This document shows positions 36,879 to 54,568 of a DNA stretch of 64,000 nucleotides, piece by piece. This stretch comes from Hormiphora californensis (lineage: Eukaryota; Animalia; Ctenophora). The notes under the pieces are model-generated. The model had not been told where the DNA came from. It worked only from the letters and a program-made list of their open reading frames with translations, and did no database searches. Location of the stretch: positions 3,720,001 through 3,784,000 of the forward strand of contig CM035351.1 of NCBI GenBank assembly GCA_020137815.1, read 5' to 3'. How positions within the stretch are numbered: the first letter of the stretch is position 1; the number at the start of each line of letters is the position of its first letter. Position numbers and translations under genes: made by a program.

Positions 36879-37542
36879 TCTCTATTCTCTATTCTCTATT
36901 CTAAGATTCTCTCTATCCCTCCCTCCCTATTTTTCTCCCTACTTCTCTCCCTCATTGACACCTGGAGCGAATTCCCACTATCTGACTCCTCAGATAGTTG
37001 CAGAGAATTCCTCCCCTACCTACCAACCAGCAGCAGGGGTTACCCAACAGCAGCTGACAGGTCGTGCTGAAGCATGCACTCCGGACAGGTTACAATTACA
37101 TGAATTAGGTGTGTCGTGCACTCCTTCCGAATATAATGTGTACGAAAAGTTGTGCTCATTTATACCTCAATTTTTACCCATTGCCTTGGTAAAAACGATC
37201 TTGTGTCTGGTTCGAGCTTCTATAACAATACCGAGTTACACTCATTTACACGGACTAGCGAAATAAGACAACTATACAAACTGAATGTAATGGAACTGTT
37301 TTAGGTGTTTGACGACAGTGGTTTAATTGGGGCCAGGGTTTATTGTTTTAGGTGTTTGACGATTGGGGCCAGGGTTGTTTTAGGGTAGAAGGATATCAAG
37401 CTGTTTGTTTTGTTTGACAAACTCAACGTTTCATATCCAGCCAGTAGCCATCAACTTGTTGTTTTTGGTAGACAAAGTTCAAAAGACGGGTTTTTAGTTT
37501 TCTATCAAAGCTGCAGAATAAATAAGTCACAATTTCACTCTT

Positions 37543-39147
<1,605 letters not shown>

Positions 39148-39313
39148 GATGAAGAAGTGGGGGTCTTTAAAAGTTTCAAGAGTAACTTAAACTTTGGACT
39201 TTGGAAATGTTAAAATTTTCGAGTTGAGGAGACATTTTATACTCTCCAAATATCTCACGTCTCACTTCGTGTTACCGGGGCAATATCTCACAACATGCAA
39301 CTAGCGCTCCCAC

Positions 39314-39360
<47 letters not shown>

Positions 39361-39576
39361 CCTCTCTCCCTCATTGCCCAGCTGGCCATTTCGCTTGCTT
39401 GTTAGTGAGGGGCAGCTGTGCTTTCTCATGCATCAACGTTCTAACATGCACTCTCACCATCTTTATTGTGTTCCCCCAACTGTTACATGTCCATCTTCTT
39501 GCCCCATTTTCTCTCTCTCACTCTCTCTATTTCTCTCTCTCTCTAGTCATCTACTTCCGTAGATCACTCACTCTTA

Positions 39577-39613
<37 letters not shown>

Positions 39614-40079
39614 ACTCCTCTCTCTCTCTCTCTCTCTCTCCTCCTCTCTATCTATCTATCTCTATTTCTCTCTTCTCTCTCTCTCTCCCTCTCTCCTCTC
39701 TCCTCTCTCTCTCTCCTCTACTCTCGCTATCCCTCCCCCCTCTCTCTCTCTCTCTTTCTTGTCCCATCTTAGGATTTTACGGCACCTTGATGCGAGATTT
39801 AGACATGCATGATCTCGTGCATGAATAGAGTTGCGAATCACAGAGCTCCTCATACGCGGGGCAAGAAAGAAAGGAAGGGAGAGAGAGAGAAGTTTGAAAA
39901 TTTGCTCATCAGGAGCCGAGAATTAAACAATTTTTAAAAATCGTGTCTCCTTATCAACGATAAGGATATCACTACAATGAGACGAGTATAAAAGACACAG
40001 TCAATGGGAAGACTTTATTCCAATTCAATCACTTGTCTTTCGTTACTCTTTCGTTTCACGACAACTACAAACCTTCAAC
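39148..40079. promoter_or_regulatory. Divergent promoter region between the two alpha-tubulins with a GAGTATAAAA TATA box on each side
   Basis: TATAAAA at 39987 (+) and at 39241-39235 (-), each about 90 bp upstream of the ATG; CT microsatellite between them. Confidence 0.6.
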
Positions 40080-41531
<1,452 letters not shown>

Positions 41532-42271
41532 AATGTTAATTGTTTCTATGAAACTTACTTCCCAAGCAACTGCATAAACCAATGCCTTATCAGTTTCCCA
41601 AAACAAAAAAAAATTACGGCCAAAAAAATTTCAATGATGATTTGATGTATTACCAGTGGTAGTAAGTCCCCCTTTCCCTTAAAGTCATTTTTTATGGGTG
41701 TGGGTCGTCTTTCCCTTTTTTCTTCTCTCTAAAATTAAAAAACCAATAAAAGAGAGAGGGAAAAGGGGAGTAAGACGAAAAAAAAGGGAAGGGAGAAAAA
41801 AAACCCCCTCTTTCTTTAAAGCGCCTATATTTTTTTTCTTCTCTATTGATATATAATCCTTCTATCTATCTCCCTCCTCTCCTCTCTTTTTCTCTCTCTC
41901 TTTTCTCTTTTAGTTTTTAAAATGGAGGGGTAACGGGCTTTGCACCAAACACAATTTTGGATACTATAGGTTTTAGTGGGAAATGATTTTCCCTGAGAGG
42001 GGAGGCGGAGCAATTCGTATTTTAAAAATTAAAAACCCCAAATGATTGGAACCCCAACCCCTTTTTATAAATTTTGGGGGGGGGAAAGGGGTCGAGAAAG
42101 AATTTGGAAAGAATACGGTTTATGTAGATAGTGGCATCGGGGGCAGGTAGATTGTTTACAAAAACAAACAGGAACCCAAAAATGCCTGCAGATAAACTCA
42201 CCCCCCCAAGAAAGGGAAAATTGGAATTGAAAATTTTGGAATAATTTTACGGGGAAATTTGAAAATATTTT

Positions 42272-43599
42272 AACGAAAGCCATTAAAGTCCTCAAAAGCC
42301 CCCCCCCCGCCATGCCCCCCCCCACTTTCGTTTTGGTGGGAAAAAAATACGGAGGGGATTGGGTGGTAGAGCCCCTGGTGAAAACATAAAAGGGAAAATC
42401 CGTGAAAAAATGTAGAATCAGGTGATAAAGATCTTTTAGAATAGTAGCTGTGTGGAAATCAAGGGTTACGTGGGTAAAAGGTTTGGAAATCATGGCGGCC
42501 CCAGTAGTAGATCCCAAAACACCACAGGAACACGCAACAAACAAACAATAACATGCACGTGCAGTATCCCCCCGCAACTTCCAATACCCCTCCCAAGGCA
42601 CCTCCTTGGCAACCCCCCACCATTTGCACGTGAGGATAGGACATACTCCTCCTCATCACGCCACGCATTTGCAAATTATAATAAGGACTAGAAAGCCCAT
42701 TGAAGTCCTACAATAGCCCCCCCCCCCCACCCGTCCCCATGTCTCTCCCTCTCTTACTATTCGTCTCTCCGTGTCGGGGTGTAAAGAATACGGAGGCTGG
42801 TATTATAGTGGTTAGAGCGCTGGTGATAAACCATTCAAGGGAAATCCCCGCTGAATAACATGTAGAATCAGGTGATAAAGATCCGTAGAATTGTAGCTGT
42901 GTAGAGAATCAACAGGGTACGTAGGTAGAAAGGCTTTGGCAATCATGGCGGCCCCAGTAGTAGATCCCAAAACACCACAGGAACAACACAGGAACACGCA
43001 ACAAACAAACAATAACATGCACGTGCAGTATTCCCCTCCAATACCCCTCCCAAGCCACCTCCTTGGCAACCCCCTCCATTTGCACGTGTGGATAGGTCAT
43101 CATCATACTCATCACGCCACGCATTTGCAAATTATAATAAGGACTAGAAAGCCCATTGTTAAGTCCTACAACAGCCACCCCCCCCCCCCCCCCCCACCCC
43201 GTCTCTATGTCCCCCCTCTCACTGTTCGTCTCTCCATGTCGGGATAAAGAATACGGAGGTTGGTAGTGGTAGAGCGCTGGCGATAAACATCAAGGGAAAT
43301 TCCGCTGAATAACATGTAGAATCGGGTGATAAAGATCCGTAGAATTGTAGCTGTGTAGAGAATCAACGGGGTACGTAGGTAGAAAGGCTTTGGCAATCAC
43401 GGTGGCCCCCAGCAGTAGATCACAAAACACCAACAACAACAACCACAGGAACACACAACAAACAACCAATAACATGCACGTGCAGTATCCCCCCTCCAAT
43501 ACCCCTCCCAAGCCACCTCCCAGGGCAACCCCCACTATTTGCACGTGTGGATACTACATCACCACCATCACGCCACGCATTTGCAAATTATAATAAGGA
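42272..43599 (-). mobile_element. About three head-to-tail copies of a second non-autonomous Helitron (456-bp unit)
   Basis: Minus strand: A|TCCTTATTATAATTTGC start at 43599; junctions CTAG|TC at 43144 and 42688; leftmost unit is noisy. Confidence 0.75.
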
Positions 43600-44559
43600 T
43601 ATGCACGTGTTGTCAGTTGACTTTTCTCAAAACTATGTACCTAACCCGAAAATATTTTCTCTCTAAAATCAAAGGTCCCCTCTAAATCCGTCTCCACGCC
43701 TCCCTTTTTCTTTTTCTGTCCACATACATGCTTCCATTTCTATTTCAAATTTTAGGATAATCGCTTCCTCGCAACTAGTTAGGGGTGGTTGAGTGGTTCA
43801 GACTTTGGTGCCTAACCCGCAAATTCGAACAGGAACCGCTAGTCACTTGACGAAATAGTATTCCCGCAGGGTTGTAGTTTAGTTGTTTTAGTTTGTTAGA
43901 TTGTTACCAAGTTGGTTATAATGCTAGGCGTGGTTGTAGTACCCATGATTACACCTCAGTAGACTCGAACTGAATCGTAACAGCCAATATATATTCTTTC
44001 TTTATCTCAATATTGAATATATTATTTCTTTATCTCATTCTTCAACGTTCATCTAGAAACCAGTAACAGTGAAACCTGGAATTACGGGACTCCTCCTCGG
44101 TATAACTGCACTGTATAATATGATGATCGCAAAAGGCAAGCTTCCCCTCGTCCGACCCGAAGTTGGAATTATAGGGGTTTAGTTTGTCGAACCGGCAAGT
44201 TGCTAACATATTTTAAATCTTCACTACTTCTCAAATGATCCCATGCTTTCAGTCTAATCCCAAAATCCTATTAAAAATAGAGACAAAAATAACGGCACCA
44301 AACTGTGAAATGCCCTTGCATTAGTGCGAGTAGAATAAAATCAATTTTGTATCTCACCACGTTAATTAATCATTAATTAAGTTAATGCTCTTATTTGTTT
44401 TAGAGGTGCTCAAATTTGATCTAAATGCCGAGTTTATAGCAAGAAAGGACTATTTTACAACGAATTCCCTGGTTACTATGGTAACCAACTCCGTTGTCAT
44501 GGTAAATTAATCGAACTCTATCGAGTCTATCGCCAGCAACTGGATGAAACTTTCACAAA

Positions 44560-44940
44560 GGCTCAAAGTTTGAATATCAAATTTGCCAAAAACTGTGCAG
44601 GGGCAAAAGTTTTAATTGATTATTATTAATTTATTAATTAGAAAATCAAAAATCCGGCTCCGTTATGACTCGTAGTTATACTACTAGAACATACATACAC
44701 AGTTTCATTTCGAAAAAACAAACGGTTGGCCACAGTTTGAATATCAAAGTTGCAAAAAATGTGCAGGGGCAAACAAAATTGTGCAGGGGCAAAGTTTTAA
44801 TTACTTATAATTAATTAATTAATTAAAAAATCAGAAATCCGGCTCTTTTATGACTCGTAGTTATACCACTAGAACATGCATGCAAAGTCTCATTTCGAAA
44901 TATCAAACGGTGTGGCCACAGTTCGAATATCAAATTGTTA
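44560..44940. repeat. About 185-bp tandem duplication inside an unclassified repeat
   Basis: tgtgcaggggcaaa...aatccggctc...gactcgtagttatac...catttcgaaa...ggccacagtt occurs twice. Confidence 0.7.
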
Positions 44941-46786
44941 AACCGGACAAAATTGTTTTTTTTGGGGGGCGGAATCCGACCGAAGACTAAGAAAGGCGAT
45001 AATCAGTTTCTAATATATAAGTTTCCTATATATAAGTTTCCTACATTAAAAATGCCCTCTTCTTTGACAGGTTGCCCCCCCCCCCCCCTGCTCGAACCCC
45101 GTACCTGAAATTTCATGGAATCGACATAGACCACCCCCCTCCCCTTCGCAACTTTCAAAGTGTTTTTGGGAGGTAGTACATTAACATATATATAGGGTCC
45201 ACACCCATTTAGATTCTCCACATTGCACCATCGCCGAGCTAACACCTTCTCTCTCTCTTCTCATAAAATTAATTGTTTAGCGTGTACTTCTTCAAAATCG
45301 CTCAGAAATGAGAAGGTGAACGAATTCGCGAACACACCTTGTTTGCCCTTTGTTGTCTCTATCAAGGTCTTTACCAACTATATATTAAGGTCTTAATGAT
45401 CCATATGAGACATCAGTTTGTCGTCGTATGGTAAATACATAAAGACGAAGAGACAAAAATATGCAAATGTTATTTGCTCTCGACCCCTTGTCGAGCTCGT
45501 ACAAAATGTAAGGGAGGGTTAGTAGTTGTTTAGCACCTAACAAAATGTTATAGGACTGGGCGACGGGCATATTAGAAAAATAAAAGTGTTTCAGTTTGGT
45601 TTGACATTGACCAACTGATGTCAGTATGACGAATCAAACTCCATCGTTTTTCTAATACAATTTTTCCCTGTCTGGGTGGATGCCGAAGGTAACCACCCTC
45701 GCAAAAAGGCAAAGGAATTTAGAAATCTGTAACGTATTTAGTACTGAATCAGTTTGTTGAGTAACAACAGTAAGGATACCCCTCTCCGTTTGTCCATGAA
45801 TAAACGTAGAGGGGTAATGCGTGATTAGGTACAATAATCTTTCTTTGAATTTATATATCTGAGAGATATTTTGATCTGAGAGATATTTTGATCTCTCGCA
45901 TCGTTAACGGTTAAATGCACCATTTCGCAATTTAACCGATATCTGTCATTATCATTATTGTCAGTGACTTTAATAGCAACATAATGGGATGAGTTAATAG
46001 TTCGAAATGGGGAATGCAGGAATCAGTTAAACTTGAAGATAAATTGTGACAAGTGCATTTATTTTTATAACTATAAAAATGCTCTAGAGGCCATACAGGC
46101 TCCCCCATTTCATTGAAATCGAGAAAGGGGGGAGCTCAGCGCCATAACTATTGCGCTGAGCTCCCCCTTTCTAGTTACCCATACCCGGGCGTTATGTGGT
46201 TTATTCAGCGTTTGGCTGAGTGACCCAACCGGCAATGCACCAAGTGTTACGCACGTATAATACCAGTGCCACATATTTTCGCTTTGCGAGCAGTAATAGG
46301 TGCGGGGTGCCCGCTCCGTTGAGTGACAAGAGTGACACCTTAAATCGTGCGTATCGCCGGATTGTCCCAGGACCGTAAAGCAGCCGATTTTTCCCCAAAT
46401 TGGCTCATATTTCAGCGTCAATTTTGACCCAATACTCCACTGGGTATGTGTGACTGTGAGCTCGATCCCAGTCGCTGCGTGACTTCGATCTCGCACTCAT
46501 GTGTCTATGTCACTACAAGTGTGGCGATGTATTTACTTTGTAATATTATCGTACTGTGGAACTTTGGTAGTAGTGTGAGCTAGAATGAGCAGCCTCCCCC
46601 CTCCCCTGGCACAGGTGTTTTCACAACGTACATGGTCCATTGCGGTCCTAATGCAACTGATCTCTCTTTCTCCCTGACTCTCTTTCTCTATCTCTTTCCC
46701 TCCCTCTTTTTCTCCCCCTCTTTTTCTCTATGAATCTCTTTCTCTGACTCTATATCTTTCTCTCCCTCTCTCTCTCTCTCTCCCTC

Positions 46787-46846
<60 letters not shown>

Positions 46847-49800
46847 CCTGACTCTCTTTCTCTATCTCTTTCCCTCCCTCTTTTTCTCCCCTCTTTTTCT
46901 CTATGAATCTCTTTCTCTGACTCTATATCTTTCTCTCTCTCTCTCCCTCTCTCTCTCCATCTCTTTCCCTCCCTCTCTTTCTCTTCCAGTTTCTGTATAT
47001 CTTTCTCTCCCTCTCTAAAAAGTAGGCATGTACTTCTCTCTCTATTTCTCTTTTCGACTATTGCACAAACTCTGAGTCTGTTATTCCCGAGATATATATT
47101 TCTCCGCCCCTCTCTTTCAATGATACATTTTTGCCTCAATTTTATTATCCCCGCGGTGCCGAAACACATTTCTATTTGTCAGTTATTGATGTTTTGAGCG
47201 TTAACAGTGACAGGTTTCATCAATTAAAGGAGTGGAAAAAGACAGATAGAGAGAGAGAGGGGAGAGAGAGAGTGACAGGGAGAGCAAGAGAGAGAGAGAG
47301 ATATAAAGACAGGGGGAGATGCGATTAAAAGAATGCTTCTTTTTCAAAAGAATCCAACATTATAACTATTAGCGCTTTCCCCTGCGTGATTTAATACCCT
47401 CCGCCGTTGGGAAATCACGGCACTAAAACACACATAATCCTGCTGAAACCCATATTTCTATATAATATTTTGTTTGATATAGTTGGGTGGGAGAATGGAG
47501 TAAGATAGAGAGAGAGAGAGGGAGAGGGTGCAAGAGAGATAGAGGGAAGAGAGAGTGAGAAAGGGTTGGATATAGAGGGGAAGAGGGATAGAGGGATAGA
47601 GAGAATTAGAAACAGCACATGCAGCAGATGTAGGTCATCTTTCTAGTAGTTCCGTAGACTTTACAATTCGCCCTCCTAAGTCGCATTTTAGGAGTGGTAA
47701 ATGGATTACCTAATGCTAAACCTAGCTAGTCACCGGTCTTGAAGCAAATTCTTTCTTTTTTTGTCGTCAGCGTGGCTATTTCTGGATCCATGTGGAAGTC
47801 CGAAATCCAACTATTGGATGTGACAAGCAAAGATAATAGCAAGTGCTTCCCCCATTAGATTTTTAAAAGGAAGGTTAAAAGGTCAAAAGAACAAATCGTT
47901 TATTTCCTGACTTTATCATGGTAATGCACATTCCTAATAATTCTTAGGCAAGAAGATGACATCAGTCTCAATTTCAATTTCGAATTCAAATTCTTTACAT
48001 ATATTAGGTTGTCCCAGAAATAATGTCATGTCCCGATTTCTCCAACTTAACCTACCAATTTCGATTTAAAACTTTTCAAGCTTGTTCATTTAACCCTTGA
48101 CTCTATAAAACAAGTGTTTGTTTTGAAAAAGTTGGTTTTTGACGCGCCCTGGTGAACCCGGAAACAAGCGAGAAAAAATTTCCGCTGAACGAAAAATATG
48201 CGCATGTTGAAAACACTACTGTACTTTTTCAGATAAGTGTCTGTAAAATATTTCACTACACCATTCTTGTTTATTGGACAATTTTCTATCGTTTGAGTGG
48301 TAGATGAAGACACAGGTACCACTCGTTGCTGAGCTATGGAGCTCTAAAAAACTTTGGTCAAAATCAGAAACTTTCACTTCCGGGTCACTTCAGGCATCAG
48401 TGGATTGACTTACAAGAATTATTTAACAGCTATTAATAGTCCCAACTAAGCTCTTAGCCTTGGAGAAGAGGCTTGATTGAATGTTTGTGATTGAGTTGGT
48501 GTGGTTTTTGATCTGAAAATTTGAAGTTTTGAAAGTATGAGCCATAAAAACATGTCAAAAATTCAGGGGAATTTTTGGATTTTTTCGCTTTTTTTTGCGG
48601 CCGTCGTCCCGTATAAGCTTTCCCTGACCTTTCTAGGTTGCGGAGATTTAAATGAAAGAGCAAAAATTGGGACGGGGCAATTTTTGGTCCCTTTTGGAAA
48701 TTCTGAAAAAATCAAATGGCTTTACCCCAGCGACGTTTAAGAAATAAAAAAACCCCCCCGTTCGCGGCAACCCGATTAGGGTTACAAACCCAATTTGGGA
48801 GGTAAAATTTCCTATTCGAGTTTTCAAGACACGTTATAGCTAAAGTGTTAATTGACAAGATGGGACGGTTTAGAACTTCAAAATCATGTTTTTTTAAAAT
48901 GGGAAAAAGAGGAAATAAAAAGGGGAAAATTTGGGCGGCTTTAACCATCGACGCATCAAATCTCGACCCCCACAATACAGCCAAATTTAGATTAGATGCT
49001 CTTCGGACACCCCCAAAGGGAGAGGGGGAAACGGAGGGGGGGAAAAAGGGGGGGGGGAGGGGGGGAGGGGGGGAAAAAACTTTATATATATATATAACAT
49101 CTCTCTCTCTCTTCTCTCACCTCCCCTCTTCTCTCTCCTTCTCTCTCTCTCCTCTCTCCTCTCTCTCTCTCTCCAGTCCCGTCCCGGTGGGGGGGATTTA
49201 ATAACTTCCAGTAAAATCCCCAGGGAAAGGTTGGGGTTTTGAAAATAAATTTTTTCCAAGGCGGTGATGGTGCGGAGAACTTTTTCCCATTATCTTTCCC
49301 CCCTGGTCCCTTTTATTCTCCCCCTATTTATATTTCAAAACGACAAGGAAAAAAAAGCCAAAAAAAAAAAAAAAAAACAAAAAAAACCCATAAAAAAAAA
49401 AAAAAAAATAAAAAAAAAATTAAAAAATAACCCGCACCCCCAACCCCAAACAAAAAAAACCCCCCCAAAAAAAAACAAAAAAAAAGAAAAAAATCATTCC
49501 CCCCCTCTTTTTACCATCTTCCCCCCCTTATTCTCCCTTTTTTCCCCATTTTATTTCCCCGCTTATTTCCCCTGCCATTTCCCATATAATTTCCCCCTCT
49601 TTTTCCCCTCCCCATTTCCCCCCTTTTGGGGGGCCCCACTCTTTTTTTCCCCTTACCCCCCCTCCCCTATCTTCCCCCCCCCTCATTTTTTCCCCATTAA
49701 GGTTCTGCATTTTATCATTGTATTACATACTGTAGTACTACTAGGTTGGGGTGTCCCATACGCCCGGTAGAAATCAAAATTTGTAAAAGGGGGGAGACAT

Positions 49801-50665
49801 CAGAGAAGAGAAAAGATGAAAAAGGGGAAAAAAGAGAGAGGGGGAAAGAGGGGAGAGGGAAGAGAGAGGAGGGGAGAGGGGGGAGGAAAGAAGAGAGGGG
49901 AGAGGGGAGAGGAAAGAGAGAGAAGAGATAAAATAGAGGAATTTTGATGACAGCCGTCCTGTTGCTGTTGGATTCTATATCCTGCACTAAACAACTCGAA
50001 CAATGTTTTCTCTTTTTTAAACTCTCTGTGTTCTATAGCACCATAGCGAAATCCCTTTCGTTACTTCAAGTCTGTCAAAGCATTGCCCTGATATAGAAAT
50101 GACCCTATTCTCATTTCTTTCAACGCGTTACCAAACCTGAAACAATAGACTACGTGTGAGAACAGCGTTCAGAGAATTCACCTGACACCACTGGGTTATT
50201 TAGTTTTAATATGTGGGTAAGATTAAGATTATATGTCCGCTTATTGCACAACCCAGGCTTAAGAGAAGATTGAAGAGAGTTTGCGAAAATTCAACCACCT
50301 CAACAGCTTGACTACTGCAGTAGCAGTAATGGACACTATGATTATACGGTAGATTACTTACAAGCATTTATGACTTTGGATTATCATGAATTTTAGCGAA
50401 TTTTCAGTAAATTCAACATTTTTTATTCTAACTAATATGCCGTAAGAATTTGTCAGCCCCGCCCCGGATTGCGGCAATCAAAAGTTAAGAAAGGAATAAA
50501 TGATGGGCCGCATCAGACCGATCTTTTGATATTTATAACAATTTTATCCAGCAATATTTCCATGCTTTCTTTGATCACTAGTCGAGAGACTTAGAGAATC
50601 TCGCACTCAAGATGTGTACATGCTGTAGTGTTAACGTGATTAATTACAGAGAGAGAGAGGGAGAT

Positions 50666-50724
<59 letters not shown>

Positions 50725-50945
50725 TAGAAAGATAGAAAGATAGAAAGATAGAAAGAAATGGTAAAAACATGACCGAGTGCGTTCCTTTTTTAAAGTGAGT
50801 AAAGATAGAACAGCCCCGATTTTGATGAAACTCGGTCAGAATATTTTGTGTCTTATATTATGTTATATGTAACTAAATTTAGAATGTTTTAAATGTGATC
50901 TCCAATGAGAGATTGAGGGGTTTTCATCACCTCGGCCTCCTGGCT

Positions 50946-51194
50946 GGGCAGCGTTAAAATCTGGGTGTTTTGGGAGTGCTGACAAACGGTTTTTTAGGGT
51001 TAGGGCTAAAGTAGGGTTAGGGTTAGGGTTGGGGTTTGGGTTGGGGTTAGGCCTTGACATTCCCTACCAGATAAACTTTGAATCAGTCAAAACGGTTGAG
51101 TGGTTTGGCGGTTAGAGCCATTTTAGTGAATCAACTTTTTTGGCAGCGTGCACCTGTAAACAGGCCTCCAAACACCCAGATCGTAACGGCGCCC
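50946..51194. mobile_element. Short MITE of the 9-bp-TSD family, with internal TTAGGG-like repeats
   Basis: TIR gggcagcgttaaaatctgggtgttt / aaacacccagatcgtaacggcgccc; TSD CTCCTGGCT (50937-50945 / 51195-51203). Confidence 0.88.
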
Positions 51195-52449
51195 CTCCTG
51201 GCTTGGGCACATAAAGAGGCCACAGGATAATAGGAGGCAAAAAAATTTTAGTACTCAGATCCTAACTTAAGGGTTCATCCATTCTGTCCCTATTCTATAC
51301 CAGGCTCCTGTTTACTGGTCTGGGATAACTGACATTGCTGATTACATAATGCCATGTTTGTGCCACCTGTCATTTTGTGGTGAGCTATGCTACGTTGTTG
51401 GTACCCTCGGACTGTTGGACTATTTTGCGGTAAAATTTTTTCCATATGCTATACCGGTTCTGAATGTTTCCCGATAAAACTAATTGGCTTCGTTCCAGAG
51501 ATGTCGGATGTATACTTTTGTTCATTTTCAATGAGGTTGTTACACCCCCCCCCCCCTCGACCCCTCTCCCATTTATCGTTCATCTATACCATTAATGGTA
51601 TAGATGAACGATAATTATCTACACCATTATCTACACCATTATTGCAGAATCACTAAATCATGATCCTAGGTTAAACACACTATAATAGATACAATACTAC
51701 TGAATTGACATAAGGAATGAGAAATCGACCCTCTTTTTCAGTTTGTAGAATAAGGCACACTCTCAGATGACACTATAAGGCGCTAAAATCTAATTCAAAT
51801 CTATCCGAACCAATTTATATTTTCCTCTATGTCTCTTTCTGAATCCCTCTCTCTCTCTGTTTCTCTCTCCCTCTCTATTTCTCTGCGTCAGTCCCCCTAA
51901 TTCCTATTTCACCTGCTCTATTTTCCCCCTTACTCAACAGCCCCCCACAGATCTTGATCTCTCCAGTAAATTTTCCAACTATTTAACTCGATTCAAATGC
52001 TCTTTGTAAGTCTTGCGGACCCTTCTTTTTTCTGACATTCTATCACATCTATCATGATAGAAAATATTTTCTTTTCAGCATACACTTCCAGTTTCCCGCC
52101 CCGGGGCTCCGTCTTCTTCTGCCTAGCGGCACTCTCTTTTCCCTTTAAACAGTTTTAATTATGTCTGCGAAGCAAGTAGACTTATTTTTAAAAGAATTTT
52201 GTCTGAGATCGGCCTACCATGTCTATTTCATGTTCTACTTTCCTTCTGTATTTATCCCGATATTTTTCAACCAAGTTTGCTCGTACCTTCGCGTAAAAGA
52301 AGGTCTGGGCAAGTCAAGTGTGTATCATGTACAGATTTGGGTCTAGTGGGCAGATTGCCAAGAATCTCCGATCTAGCTGGAACACAAACACGGAAGCAAC
52401 TCTGTGGTTCTGTCTGGCACGAGTTACGAGCACCTTTAGCACTTAGGAC

Positions 52450-52582
52450 TTACCCCCTCTAGGACTTTTTTAGAACTTACCTTCTAGGACTTGCTATTAT
52501 AGGTTTTGATTACCCTCTAGGACTTGCTATTATAGGTTTTGATTACCCTCTAGGACATGCTGTATAGGTTTTGATTACCCTG
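52450..52582. repeat. About 35-bp tandem repeat x3
   Basis: ctctaggacttgctattataggttttgattacc repeated. Confidence 0.75.
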
Positions 52583-53799
52583 TCCCTACTTGCTATAGCC
52601 TATAGTATAGGTTTTTATTAGTGCAGCACAGTACAATTGTCCTAGTCTGTCCTAGCTATAGTAGACTAATGACATACCGTTTATAAAATAGGCAGGTTCG
52701 GGGTTTTGGCAGTGCTAACTCAGAGGTACGGTGACAATTGCTGGCTCTATTGGCAGTTTTGTTTTGCCCTCTCTCTGTAATCCACGATATTGAAGAAAGA
52801 GTAGAGCATGAAAGCAGACGGATGAGAGAGAGAGCGAGAGATGAGAGAGAGAGACGAGAGAGTCGAGAGCGGGAGAAGCGAGAGAGGAGAAAGAGAGAGA
52901 GAGAAGAGAGAGAGCGAGACGAGAGAGAGAGAGAGAGAGAGGAGAGAAGAGAGAAGAGAGAGAGCAGAGAGGAAGAGAGAGGAGAGAGAGAGAGAGAGCG
53001 AGAGAGAGGAGAGAGAGAGGAGAGAGAGAGAGAGAAGATCTCTCTCTCTATTCTCCTCTCCCTCCCTCTCAGCTCTCTCTCTCTCTCTCTTTCCCTCTCC
53101 CCCCTCTCTTCATCCCAGTCCTCCCTCTCAACCTCTGTTTGTACTGTTTTACAATGTTTGCGTTAGCACCTTGTTACCGTCCCTGACATTCTGTCAACAG
53201 CTGCCCCCCCCCCTCTTTAAGCGATCTATTAATAGTTTCCATCCCCCAATAATGAATGCCCCGAAATCTTTATCGTTTTGAAACAAAAACGAAATGAATC
53301 CTTCAATAGGGAGATCTCCCCTTAAAACACTGCTATGCTAATGGCCGCATATAAGACGATAGCATGTAATGAAAATATCAATTGATATACATAATATATC
53401 GATCATATATCGATATTGATTCGATGTTTGGTTGATCAAAAAATATCGATTTGATCTCGATCCGCTCTTTGATTTTTCAAAATAAAAGGATCGATATGGG
53501 ATCGATACCAAGTATCGCCCGTTTCTAGAATTAGCTTGCTCCCCAAAATTATGTCAAGAATTCGATTGATTAAATTGAATTTGTCTAGTATTGTCTAGTA
53601 TTATGCACTGTCTAGTAAAATTCAATGTCGATACTAGTATACTACAGAAAAACTGTGTATACTAAGACAAATGTGTGTTTTTTTCAGGTCGTTTATGGTA
53701 TTCTTTCCCCAATGAATTACTGTCCATATTATTCAATATATATTCAATATAATATATTCAAGTCTAAGTAAATATTTGTAACAATATCATGATACTATA

Positions 53800-54568
53800 T
53801 AACGGGTGACAACTAAAAATCTGGACAGTTTTCTGTGAGCTCTAGCGCCGGTTCCGTTTGAGATACAGCTTCAGGCTAGTGAAAGAAAGATTTTTCAGAC
53901 AATTTCGAATCAGAATAACACAACGGGAAAAACTAAACAGTTCATTTTCATTGCGATATCGCTTCATTTCCTCTTGACCCACCAAAGCATATAGTACTTG
54001 AAATTTACACACTTTTCTAGCACCTCTAGCGCCTGTTCTTTTTGAGATGCAGCTTCGGGGCAGCGATAGAATGATTTTTCGGACAATTTTGAACGAAATT
54101 AACTTTGTTTCACACTCCGATAATCTCAATTCTAATCACAGAATCATCTGTAACAAACCCTCCAAAGCGTAGTTTACAGGTAAATTGAGAAATCGCCACT
54201 TTGACGATCTCTCGAAACATTTATGACGTGGAAAACCAACTTCCTGATGAGCTAAAATGTTGAAACTTGGCAGTTATGTTGGTTATGGCATGAACAACCA
54301 TTCTTTAAAATTTGAGAATTTTATCTCATCGGGAAGGTCGTTTCTGATCACATAGAAATCTCAAATCTCCGTACTACATGCTTTGGTGGGTCAATAGGAA
54401 ATGATGCGAGATCGCAATGAAAATGAACTTTTTAGTTTTTCCCGTTTTGTTATTCTGATTCAAAATTGTCTGAAAAATCGTTCTATCACTGGCCTGAAGC
54501 TGTATCTCAAACGGGGCCGGCGCTAGAGCTCACAGAAAACTGTCCAGATTTTTAGTTGTCACCCGTTA
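53800..54568. mobile_element. Tc1/mariner-type MITE with about 190-bp TIRs in a TA run
   Basis: taacgggtgacaactaaaaatctggacag ... ctgtccagatttttagttgtcacccgtta. Confidence 0.85.

Noticed and set aside
46430-46500. tRNA or tRNA-derived SINE suggested by gagctcgatccc
   Set aside because: Only a weak B-box match; no A-box or cloverleaf could be built
48600-49930. Homopolymer-rich ORFs and apparent low-complexity island (also 41600-42450)
   Set aside because: Pattern typical of unpolished long-read consensus
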